NCBI GenBank assembly: GCA_963813715.1 | Contig: CAWFAK010000007.1 | Location: 224,001 to 288,000, forward strand | Reading direction: 5' to 3' | Source: an uncultured Planctomycetaceae bacterium | Lineage (GTDB): Bacteria > Planctomycetota > Planctomycetia > Planctomycetales > Planctomycetaceae | Length of the DNA stretch: 64,000 nt | Shown here: positions 41,676-51,357 of the stretch, in pieces | Numbering within the stretch: position 1 is the stretch's first letter | Layout of the letters: every line of letters starts with the position of its first letter | Program-made: the position numbers and the translations under genes | Notes under the pieces: model-generated | What the model saw: the letters and a program-made list of their open reading frames with translations, nothing else | Databases searched by the model: none | Told to the model about the DNA's origin: nothing

Positions 41676-42914
41676 ATGACTCTTGCCGATCTGGAAGCCA
41701 CTCCGGAAGTCACTCTGGAAAAAACGGTGCAGAACGAGATGGCCTATTCCTCCGCCACGACGTCCGTCCCCACCCTCCAGCCGGAAGAGAAGGAGCAGGC
41801 CCTCCGCGCCGCCAAGATCCTGATCGTCGATGACGAGCCGATCAACGTCAAACTGGTGCGGAAGTATCTCGTCCTGGAAGGCTATCACAACTTCGTCCTC
41901 TCCACCGACTCCCGCGAGGTGATGTCGCTCATCGAACGGGAGGAGCCCGACCTCGTGCTGCTCGACGTGATGATGCCGCACGTCAGCGGGCTCGACATTC
42001 TGTCCGCCATTCGCGCGAGCGAGAAATGGCGACACCTGCCGGTGATCATTCTGACGGCCGCGAGCGATCAGAATACCAAGCGCCGCGCCAACGAGCTGGC
42101 CGTCAACGACTTTCTCGGCAAGCCGGTCGACCCCCAAGAGCTGATTCCCCGCATTCGCAACGTGCTGATCGTCAAACAGCACTTCGATCACCTGCAAAAA
42201 TACTCCGAGCAGCTCGAAGCCGAAGTGCTGCGACGCACTGCGGAGTTGGCCCGCTCGCGGCAGGAAGTGATTCATTGCCTGGCCCGAGCAGCCGAGTTTC
42301 GCGACGACGACACCGGCCGGCACGTGTGCCGCGTCGGCCGCTACGCCCGGCTCATCGGCGAAGAGCTGGGCTGGAAGGGTGAACAGCTCGAAATGCTCGA
42401 GCAGGCCGCGCAGCTGCACGACATCGGCAAGATCGGCATCCCGGACTCGATTCTGCTCAAGCCGGGCAAGCTGGGGCCGGACGAAATCGAGATCATGCAG
42501 AAGCACAGCGCCTTCGGCAAACGGATCACCCAGAGCCTGCCCAATCACGAAATGAACTTGCTCCGCGGTCACGCCGAGCTGGGCTCGAAGCTCTTGCAAT
42601 CGACCGACTCGCCGATTCTCGCGCTGGCCGCCGTCATCGCCATCAGCCATCACGAGAAATTCGACGGCAGCGGGTACCCGTTGGGTCTCGCGGGCGAAGA
42701 CATTCCGATCGCCGGCCGCATCACGGCGGTGGCCGACGTGTTCGACGCACTCAGCAGCAAGCGTCCTTATAAGCCCCCCTACCCGGCCGAAAGATGTTTC
42801 GAGATGCTCGAAGAGGGACGGCGTCGCCACTTCGACCCGCACGTTTTAGACGCGTTCTTCCGCCGTCGCAAACAGATTATTGAAACCCAAATCCAGCTGG
42901 CCGACATCGATTAG
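41676..42914 (+). CDS. Response regulator with HD-GYP cyclic-di-GMP phosphodiesterase domain
   Basis: Receiver LIVDDE/DVMMP; LHDIGK, HHEKFDGSGYP, DVFDAL. Confidence 0.93.
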   Translation: MTLADLEATPEVTLEKTVQNEMAYSSATTSVPTLQPEEKEQALRAAKILIVDDEPINVKLVRKYLVLEGYHNFVLSTDSREVMSLIEREEPDLVLLDVMMPHVSGLDILSAIRASEKWRHLPVIILTAASDQNTKRRANELAVNDFLGKPVDPQELIPRIRNVLIVKQHFDHLQKYSEQLEAEVLRRTAELARSRQEVIHCLARAAEFRDDDTGRHVCRVGRYARLIGEELGWKGEQLEMLEQAAQLHDIGKIGIPDSILLKPGKLGPDEIEIMQKHSAFGKRITQSLPNHEMNLLRGHAELGSKLLQSTDSPILALAAVIAISHHEKFDGSGYPLGLAGEDIPIAGRITAVADVFDALSSKRPYKPPYPAERCFEMLEEGRRRHFDPHVLDAFFRRRKQIIETQIQLADID

Positions 42915-42941
42915 CGTCGGCGGGTTTCGGGCGAGCGCCGT

Positions 42942-43529
42942 TCAGAACAGTCCGATCGCGAAGAACACCGCCCCGGTCACACCCAGGGCCAGGCTGCCCA
43001 CCCACAGCCCGCTCTTCTTGGTCAGCACGGCGATTGCCGCCAGCGCAATGGCGATCTGGAAGAAGGTGACCGATCGCGCCAAGACGACATGATGTCGCAT
43101 GTGCGCGGCCGAGTCGGCTTCCTTCCTTTCCGCGGCCGTTTTCAGCTTTTCCATGTCGTGATCGTACTCCGCCAATTTGGCGGCGTCCTTCTCGCTCGAC
43201 GTCTTGCCGAGGTTGCCCAGCAGCTCGACTTTGGAGGCCAGGACCGTCGCCTTGATGCTCTTCGATTGATAGTGGCTCCACTCGTTGGCCGCGTCGATCT
43301 GTTCCAGCACGGCTTCATTCGCCGCGTGGCCGGCCAGGAGCGCGGCGACGGCGGCAATCACGGCCAAGAGCGCCGTCGTGAGGGCGACCCGCATATTAAA
43401 CGGGTTCGCTTCATGGGCGCCTCCCCCCGCATGTCGGCGACCATGATCGGCCCCGTGCGAACTTTCGTGAGCGGCTTCGTTCACCGTCTCGTGCAGATGC
43501 TCGGTCGGAACTTCGATCTCTTCGGGCAC
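42942..43529 (-). CDS. DUF4337 membrane protein
   Basis: VALTTALLAV, A.NEWSHYQSKSIK, QIAIALAAIA. Confidence 0.82.
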   Translation of the reverse strand: MPEEIEVPTEHLHETVNEAAHESSHGADHGRRHAGGGAHEANPFNMRVALTTALLAVIAAVAALLAGHAANEAVLEQIDAANEWSHYQSKSIKATVLASKVELLGNLGKTSSEKDAAKLAEYDHDMEKLKTAAERKEADSAAHMRHHVVLARSVTFFQIAIALAAIAVLTKKSGLWVGSLALGVTGAVFFAIGLF

Positions 43530-43660
43530 TGGTGGAACTCCCCTCGGCCCAACAGAACGGCGCGCGATCTGCCCTCGATCATGCCGCTCGGGGCCGCCAG
43601 GAGCAAGATGCCGGTGCAGGCGAGAGTAGACGAGCGGCGATTTAACGAAGAACGGGTGCT

Positions 43661-43740
43661 CGGGTGGCACTGGCGGCTTGTCCGCCAGTGGGTTTTGTCA
43701 CGATAGAAGACACTGGCGGACAAGCCGCCAGTGCCACCCG
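43661..43740. repeat. REP-like repeat family B, perfect 30-bp inverted pair with 20-bp spacer
   Basis: CGGGTGGCACTGGCGGCTTGTCCGCCAGTG (43661-43690) and its exact reverse complement (43711-43740). Confidence 0.92.
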
Positions 43741-43807
43741 ATTAGACAGAACGCGAGCGGTGCGCAGACGAAGCGGGAGGAAAGCTCGATGACGGCAGCG
43801 GGGCGAC

Positions 43808-44059
43808 TTAAAGTGAGAGCTTGCCCAGCCGGTGGCAGGTCCAGCGACGGACGAGGCAGACGACGCGCTCCAGCGTGTCGCGATCGAAGTATTCCAGCCG
43901 CTCTTTACCGGCAAATGGATAGTCGACGCTGCGAATGACCGCGATCAAATCGGCGGTCGACATCACGCGGCGGATCTCTTCGTCCGAGAGGACAGAGATG
44001 CTTTCCAGATCGAATTGGCGAACGGACGAGTCTTGCTCAACGAGCGTATTCATGGCCAT
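43808..44059 (-). CDS. Small hypothetical protein (83 aa)
   Basis: AGGAG RBS and a sigma-54-type promoter directly upstream; helical protein-like composition. Confidence 0.72.
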   Translation of the reverse strand: MAMNTLVEQDSSVRQFDLESISVLSDEEIRRVMSTADLIAVIRSVDYPFAGKERLEYFDRDTLERVVCLVRRWTCHRLGKLSL

Positions 44060-44087
44060 TCAGCGAACTCCTGGCCTGAAACCAGTC

Positions 44088-44103
44088 GCAAACGTCATGC
44101 CAA
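44088..44103 (-). promoter_or_regulatory. Putative sigma-54 -24/-12 promoter
   Basis: Minus strand TTGGCATG-ACGT-TTGC, 29 bp before the ATG at 44059. Confidence 0.7.
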
Positions 44104-44455
44104 CGCCTCCGGCAAGGGCGACAGCCGCCCCGCCGGTCCCCAAACCTCTGTACTTTCACTCGAATGTCGCGTTTGCGGCTCAAAAGCCAACTTGCTGACT
44201 CCGTATTTCCCGAATCTGCAGCCGCTGATTTGCTCGACTGGTAATCAGCCCTGTTCAAGACTCGGGCACGAGGAACTGGCTCGGAGCGAGCCGGGAAACG
44301 CGGATTCGCTTGAAAAAAAGGAAGGACGCGTCAATTATGGCCCCGCGACGCACAAGTTGGCAAGGACTTAGGCCCCGATCGAAATCCTCGCGCCCCAGCC
44401 GAAGTTCCCGCTGGTCGTGGCGGATTTCGCCGGACGACCTTATTCTCAGTGAATC

Positions 44456-44902
44456 ATGGACGTTGCGGGCCCCAACGACCAGGCTGCGTTTGGCGTTCCG
44501 CATGCCGCGGCGAGCGAAGAAGTCGCCGAGACGGCCAAGCCCCGGCAAACGCGTCCGCCCCGCCCGTATGTCGCCCCTCGCAACGCGCTCGAGCAATCCG
44601 TCGCCGACTTGTGGCAGGAGATCCTCAAGCTCGAGTCGATCAGCGTCGACGAACGCTTTCTCGACTTGGGGGGCGACTCGATCCTGGCGGGCCGGATCAC
44701 CGCCCGCTTGTGTGCGCTGTATTCGAGCGAGCTGCCCATGTCCGTGCTGTTCGCCACGCCGACGATCGCCGCCGTCGCGGAGATGATCGAGCAGAGAACC
44801 GCCGCCCCGCCGCACGACGACGAGATTGAAAAGCTCTTGGCAGACATTGAGGCTCTTTCGGACGCCGAGGCCGAGCGCCAACTGACCGAAGAAGCCGACT
44901 GA
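44456..44902 (+). CDS. Stand-alone phosphopantetheine-binding carrier protein (PCP) with C-terminal docking-like helix
   Basis: YVAPRN..E..VA.LW, FLDLGGDSI, LFATPTIA, then acidic EKLLADIEALSDAEAERQL. Confidence 0.85.
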   Translation: MDVAGPNDQAAFGVPHAAASEEVAETAKPRQTRPPRPYVAPRNALEQSVADLWQEILKLESISVDERFLDLGGDSILAGRITARLCALYSSELPMSVLFATPTIAAVAEMIEQRTAAPPHDDEIEKLLADIEALSDAEAERQLTEEAD

Positions 44903-44955
44903 CCTCACCCCCTCCGTTCCCCTCCTCCAATCGATCTCACGCCGTCCCAACGCCG

Positions 44956-47900
44956 ATGGAAATCCAAAACGAGCGGATCGCCCGTCTGTCTCCCGCGAAG
45001 CGAGCGCTGTTGGAAGCCCGCTTGCGGCAGTCGCGCACCGCTGCGCCGATCGGCGCGATTCCTCGTCGCAATCCCGACGAGCCGGCGGTCTGCTCGTTCG
45101 GTCAGCGGCGGCTCTGGTTCCTCGAGCAGTTGGAACAGGACCTGGCGGCCCACAACGTGGCTCACGACGTCCACATTCGCGGACCGCTCGAGGTCGAGTG
45201 CTTGCGACGCGCGCTCGAATCCATCATCCACCGCCACGAAGTGCTCCGCACGGTGATTCGGGCCGACGGAGGCGAGCCGGCTCCTTTTGTGCTGCCGCCC
45301 GCACGGTTCGAGCTGCCGATCCACGATCTGCGGCATCTCGACGGATCGTCTCGCGAAATCGAATCCGAGCAATTGGGCACGGCCGACCGGAACCGTCCGT
45401 TTCGTTTGGATCGAGACCCGATTCTCCGTGCGTCGCTGCACATCCTGGGCGACGAAGAATTCTTGCTGGCGATCACCATCCATCACATCGCATCGGACGG
45501 CTGGTCGGGAGCCATTCTCTCGCAAGAGCAGTGGGCGTTTTACGAGGCGTTCCGTTGCGGCGAGCCCCCCACACTGGAGCCGCTGCCGCTGCAGTACGCC
45601 GATTACGCCGCTTGGCAGCGCGAACGGCTGCAGGGAGAGCGACTCGAAAGTTTGCTCGGATTCTGGCGGACGCAGCTGCACGATCTCACCGTCCTGCAAT
45701 TGCCGACTGATCGTCCCCGGCCGACGCGGCCCACGTTTCGCGGGCAGCTCGTCGAGTTCGATGTGGCTCCCGAAGTCGTTAGCGGTCTCCGCATGCTGAG
45801 CGCCGAGGCCGACGCCACGCTCCACATGACGCTACTCACCGCGTTCGCCGCTCTGCTCGCCCGCTACTGCGGCCAGTCCGAGGTTCCGATCGGCGTGCCG
45901 TCCGCGGGGCGGATGCGCCCCGAGCTGGAGACGCTGATCGGTTACTTCGCGAACACGCTGGTCATCCGCGCCGACCTGTCCGGCAATCCGAGTTTCCTCG
46001 CAATGTTGGAGCGGGTGCGAACGACTTCGCTCGCGACCTATCAGCACGATGAACTGCCCTTCGAGCGGCTCGTCGAGGAGCTTGACCCCCAACGGTCGCT
46101 CGATCGCAACCCGCTCGTGCAAATCCTGTTTCAGCTGACCGATTTCGTCCGCCCCGAATCGCGCGTCGGCCCGCTCGTCTGCACGCACGACAGTCCGCGC
46201 CACCAGGCATCCCGCTTCGATCTGCAGCTCGCCGTGCGACCGGTGGGCGAAGGCCTGCGCGGGCAGCTGCTGTATGCGGACGATCTGTTCGACCCGCCGA
46301 CCGTCGACCGCTTGATTGGCCATTATCAAACACTGCTGCAGGGAATCGCCGCCAATCCGGACGCGCGGCTCGACGAGTTGCCGATCCTCACTGAAGTCGA
46401 GCGAAGCCAGTTGCTCGTCGAGTTCAACCAGACACAGCTCGACGTCCCCCGCGGTCCGGCAGGGCAGTCGCTCGGCGTCCACGAGCTCTTTGCCGCGCAG
46501 GCGGCCCGAACGCCCGACGCCCTCGCCGTGGACGACGGTCAGGTCAAACTCACCTACGCCGCTTTGAACTCGCACGCCGAACGGCTGGCCGCCCGCATGC
46601 GAGCGGCCGGCGTGGCAGTCGAGTCACGCGTGGGAGTCGTCGCCGAGCGGACACCGGAGATGGTCGCCGCTATCCTGGCGATCTGGAAGTCCGGTGGCGC
46701 GTATGTCCCTTTGGATCCCCGCTTGCCGCAGGAGCGACTCGATTTCCTGATCGACGACACGGGCGCCTCCCTCATCGTCGGCAGCCAACCGTTGCCCCTG
46801 TCTCGCTCGAATGTCACGTTTCTGGATTGGAGCGATGTCCGATCGGCTCCCGCTTCGGATAGCGACGCTTCGCTGAGTGACGACGGGAGTGCCGCGGGCG
46901 AACGACTCGCCTACATCCTGCACACGTCCGGCTCGACGGGCACTCCGAAAGGCGTCGGCGTCGTCCAGAGTGCCATCGTCAACATGCTCACGTCCGTCCG
47001 AGAGATCACGGGCTTCTGCGCGGCCGACCGCGTCCTGGGACTGACCACGTTGTCGTTCGATATTTCGGTCGTCGAGACGATGCTGCCGTTGATCACCGGC
47101 GGTGCGATTCGGCTGGTCAACCGGGACGACGCGCTCGACGGCCGTCGGCTGCGGGCGATCGTCGAGAGCGCACAGGTGACGTTCCTGCAGGCCACGCCGG
47201 CAACCTGGCGGATGCTCGTGCAGACGGGCTGGCGGGGATCGGCAGGGCTCAAAGCGATCACGGGCGGCGAATCGCTCAGCCGCGAGCTCGCCGACCAGTT
47301 GCTCGACCGCGTCGACACTCTCTGGAACATGTACGGCCCGACGGAAACGACCGTTTATTCCACTGCCGTCAAAATTGAACGCAACACGCCGATCACGATC
47401 GGGCGGCCGATCGGCAACACGCAGGCGTACATCCTCGACGGCTCACACAACCTGGTGCCGATCGGCATTCCGGGCGAGTTGTATCTGGGCGGGGCCGGAC
47501 TGGCCCGAGGGTATTGGAACCGCCCCGAGCTGACGGCCGAGCGGTTCGTCCGCAATCCGATTCAGCGACGAGCCTGCCGACCGACTCTACCGCACGGGCG
47601 ACGTCGTCCGTTGGCGACCCTACGGCGAGATCGAGCTGTTGGGCCGGGCCGATCAGCAGGTCAAGCTCCGCGGCTTTCGCATCGAGTTGGGAGAAGTCGA
47701 GTCGGTGCTCAGTCGGCATCCCACCGTCGCGCAGGCCGCGGCCAGGATCTGCGACGACGGCACGAACGATCCGCGGCTCGTCGCCTATTTCGTTCGCGCG
47801 ACAAGTGGGGCAAACGGCAGCGGTTTGGTCCTCGACGCGTCGGCCCTCCGCAGCTTTTTGAAGTCGAAGCTGCCCGACTACATGGTGCCTGCCCTACTCG

Positions 47901-49168
47901 TGGAGCTGCCGGCGCTGCCGCTGACCGGCAGTGGCAAGGTGGATCGCAAATCGCTGCCCGCCCCAACCACAGCCATAGCCACAGCGGCTCCCGCGGCCGA
48001 CCCGTCACCGATCACCGCCTCGACGCTGGACGACGTCGTCGAACGCGAGTTGGCGGCGATCTGGCGACGGCTGCTCCGCGTGCCGCTCGTCCGTCCCGAC
48101 GACAGCTTCTTCGACTTGGGTGGGCATTCGCTGTTGGCCGTGCAGATGCTGGCCCAGGCGGAAAAACTGTTCGGCAACGCGCCGCCCTTGCGAGCGATCT
48201 TCGAACGGCCGACCCTGGCCGAAGCGGCCGCCGCGATCCGCTCGCGGCAAACTCGCACGGCCGTTCCGACCATGCGGCTGCGGTATGAGCCGGCCGATCC
48301 ATCGCACGCACGGAAACCTCCACTGATCATTGCCCCTTCGTTGTTCGGTCACTCCAACGAGTGGGATCCGCTGCTCTCCGCGCAGCCCACCGATCGACCC
48401 ATTCACGGCCTGGAGGTCGACGGCGACGAACCTTATTGGAGCGACGCTCCCAGCCTCGACGAGATGGCCGATCGCTTCTGCGATTCGGTCTGTCTCGCGC
48501 TGCCGGAGGGGCCGTTTCATCTCGCTGGTTACTCGTTCGGCGCATGGCTGGCGTACGCGATGGCCTGCCGTTTTGCCGAGCTGGGCCGCACGCCCCTCTC
48601 GGTCATCCTGGTCGATTCGCAACTGTGGCGGCGCCCGCGCTCGTGGCGCGATCGAATCATGCGGGACGTCCCCTCGATGATTCGCAATGTTCCCCGCTGG
48701 TTGGCGAACAAACTCGACGCGGGATCGCTGCTGGGAGCCAGCGATCACGTCGCCCGACGTTGGACGTCCTCACAAAGCGGGCGAACGACTCGCATGCTGA
48801 TGACGGGCAGTCAAACGAACGGTCACACCAACAGCGAGATCGACGCGGCCATCACGCGCGCGTCGGGCGTCTTCGACCTCGACAAGTTGCCCGAGCTTTA
48901 TCGCCGCCGAATGATTCTGAGCTTTCGGGCCCAGGCCGCCTACGAGCCGCGACCATTCCGCGGCAGGCTCGCCTATTTGCAGTGCCAGGTTCGCCCGCTC
49001 GTTCACCGCAACCTGACCGATGGCGGCTGGCGGACGCTCGTGACCGGGCCCGTCGAAACGCATCGCATTCCCGGCTCGCACTCTTCCGCCGTCAACGGCC
49101 GCTTCGCTCCCGAGGTGGCGGCGGTGCTCTTTCGCGTGATGGATCAGGCCGAAGCGGCCGCGCGCTGA
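44956..49168 (+). CDS. Single-module NRPS C-A-T-TE; +1 frameshift at about 47560
   Basis: HHIASDG (C); HTSGSTGTPKG, YGPTE, LYRTGD after removing one A, GKVDRK (A); FFDLGGHSL (T); GYSFG (TE). Confidence 0.9.
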
Positions 49169-49352
49169 ACCGTATGGCGCGCTGCAACGCCACTGGCAAT
49201 GGACCGGCCGGCCGCTCGCCAAGAACGCGATCCGAGGCTAGGATCCAAGGCGTCATTTCTGCGGGCCGAGCTCCTTTCTGCAAAACGAGCGGCTTCCGAT
49301 TCGGGGGCCTGAGCAACCCCAGACGTACGCCAGGGGCCACGAGGCAACCTCC

Positions 49353-50618
49353 ATGAGCAACGACTACGGATACTCCCCCCGCGGCGGCATCCGCTTGCTG
49401 CCGATTTTGATCGCCGTGGTGCTGATCGGCATTACTTTCGCCCGCGGCTGCCAGCAGGGGCCGTTCGGCCGCAAGCAGCTCGTTGGGATGGGACCGGAGC
49501 AGGAATCCAAGCTCGGCGCACAGGCCTACTCGCAGGTCCTCTCACAGTCGCACGTGAGCGCCGACGCGCGCACGACCGACGTCGTCCGCAAGCTGGCGGA
49601 GGACCTGGTGACCGCCTCGCGCGATCCCGAATTCGTGCGTCAGACCGGCCTCAAGCCGCCCGACTTCAAATGGGAGTGCAACGTTGTCGAGAGCAAGGAG
49701 GTGAACGCGTTCTGCCTGCCGGGGGGCAAGATCGTCGTTTACACCGGCATCTTGCCTGTCGCGCAAACGGAGAACGCGCTGGCGGCCGTGATGGGACATG
49801 AGATCGGCCACGCGCTGGCCCACCACGGAGCCGAGCGGATGGCTCAACAGCAAGTCGTGCAGATCGCTGAGGGGGCCGCCGCCGGCGCCTTCTCCGACAT
49901 GGACCCGCAGCGCCAGCAACAAGTGCTTGCCATGATGGGCATGGGCAGCAAGTTTGGCGTGCTCTTGCCCTTCAGCCGCAAACACGAATCCGAGGCCGAC
50001 CGCATCGGCCTCTTGTTGATGGCGGCGTCTGGCCGCGATCCGCATGCGGCGATCGATTTTTGGAAGCGGATGGCCCAGATGAATAAAGGTCAGCCGATGG
50101 AGTTCATGTCGACGCATCCGAGCCACGAGCGGCGGATCGCCGACCTCGAGGCGCACATGGACGAGGCGATGGCCTTGTACGATCGGGCCCCGAAGAAAAT
50201 CCCCGATCAGCCGTTGCCGGGAATCTCGACGGCGCAGCTCCCGTCCGACACGACCTCCGATCGCAATTCGCTCGTGCAGAGTCCGACCACCGCAAGAAGG
50301 CCGACCGAGAGTCCGACGCAACCGCGTTCGCGTCCCACGGTTCCCCGCAAAGTGCTGCAGGTGCTCGATTATGTCCTCGAGCACAATCAGGCTCCGGAGG
50401 GTTACGAGGGGGGCCGCGAGTTTCGCAACCTCGGCACGGGGGGCGACCAGTCGCTGCCCAACTTCGACAACAAGGCCAACACCATCCGCTATCGCGAGTG
50501 GGACGTGAATCCACACGTCGCCGGCAAGAACCGCGGTGCCGAACGACTGGTGACCGGATCGGACGGACGCGCCTATTACACGGCCGATCACTATCGAACC
50601 TTTTTGCGGATTCGCTGA
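49353..50618 (+). CDS. M48 zinc metalloprotease fused to a C-terminal barnase/RNase Sa-type ribonuclease
   Basis: NAFCLPGG, HEIGH, ESEAD, STHP (M48); S/T/P linker; GG..F.N, YREWD, NRGAERLV, YYTADHY (RNase). Confidence 0.88.
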   Translation: MSNDYGYSPRGGIRLLPILIAVVLIGITFARGCQQGPFGRKQLVGMGPEQESKLGAQAYSQVLSQSHVSADARTTDVVRKLAEDLVTASRDPEFVRQTGLKPPDFKWECNVVESKEVNAFCLPGGKIVVYTGILPVAQTENALAAVMGHEIGHALAHHGAERMAQQQVVQIAEGAAAGAFSDMDPQRQQQVLAMMGMGSKFGVLLPFSRKHESEADRIGLLLMAASGRDPHAAIDFWKRMAQMNKGQPMEFMSTHPSHERRIADLEAHMDEAMALYDRAPKKIPDQPLPGISTAQLPSDTTSDRNSLVQSPTTARRPTESPTQPRSRPTVPRKVLQVLDYVLEHNQAPEGYEGGREFRNLGTGGDQSLPNFDNKANTIRYREWDVNPHVAGKNRGAERLVTGSDGRAYYTADHYRTFLRIR

Positions 50619-50620
50619 CC

Positions 50621-51115
50621 ATGGACGTGCACTCTCTGTTTCGGGCGGCGCCCCCCTTCTTGCACCAGTGGGCCGCGCCGCTCCCGCAGGCGTACGAATT
50701 CGCCTGGTCGATCCAGCAGTCTCCGGGGCGTCTGGCCGTCGTGCGGGCCATTCGCGGAGCCAAGTCGCGCTCCGCCAGCGACTTGTTCGACGAGATCGGA
50801 GCGGCCCTGCAGCTGCCCGATTATTTCGGCGAGAATTGGAACGCCCTCTCCGAGTGCCTGACCGACCTCGAGTGGCTGCCGGGCGACGCCTACCTGCTCG
50901 TCGTCACCCAGAGCGAATTGCTGCTCGACCGGGAGCCGAACGAGTTGCCGACCCTGCTGAAGGTGTTGGAAGGCGCGTCCCACGACTGGGCGACGGCCGA
51001 AGATTCGCAAGAGAATGCGCGCCCCTTTCATGTCGTGTTTCAAGCGGAAGCTGCCAGCGCGGCCAAATTCGAGGCGAGGGTCCGGGCGACCGGACAAACG
51101 CTCGATCCGCTTTGA
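50621..51115 (+). CDS. Barstar family ribonuclease inhibitor
   Basis: LFDEIGAALQLPDYFGENWNALSECLTDLEWL; starts 2 bp after the RNase stop. Confidence 0.9.
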   Translation: MDVHSLFRAAPPFLHQWAAPLPQAYEFAWSIQQSPGRLAVVRAIRGAKSRSASDLFDEIGAALQLPDYFGENWNALSECLTDLEWLPGDAYLLVVTQSELLLDREPNELPTLLKVLEGASHDWATAEDSQENARPFHVVFQAEAASAAKFEARVRATGQTLDPL

Positions 51116-51166
51116 GATCCGGTGCCCCCCCGCCCAGCTTTGCCTCGAAACCCCGGCGGCCGGTAG

Positions 51167-51233
51167 CGTAGGGCAAGCTGCCAGCTTGCCCCTGTCTCAC
51201 GCTTAGTAATGGCAAGCTGGCAGCTTGCCTACG
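51167..51233. repeat. REP-like repeat family C, inverted pair
   Basis: CGTAGGGCAAGCTGCCAGCTTGCC (51167-51190) and GGCAAGCTGGCAGCTTGCCTACG (51211-51233). Confidence 0.85.
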
Positions 51234-51357
51234 TGCGACCAGCGGATGCCCGTGGGGTAGGTGGCACGTTGCTCGGCGGAGAGCTACAAAAATGGTTGGA
51301 GGTGCCGCGCACGAGCGCTGGCTGCCTTCCTTTCGACAGGTGCTTGAGGGACAGGGC

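Noticed and set aside
43661..43740. CRISPR-like repeat-spacer unit
   Set aside because: The two copies are inverted rather than direct, there is no array and no cas gene; this fits a REP doublet
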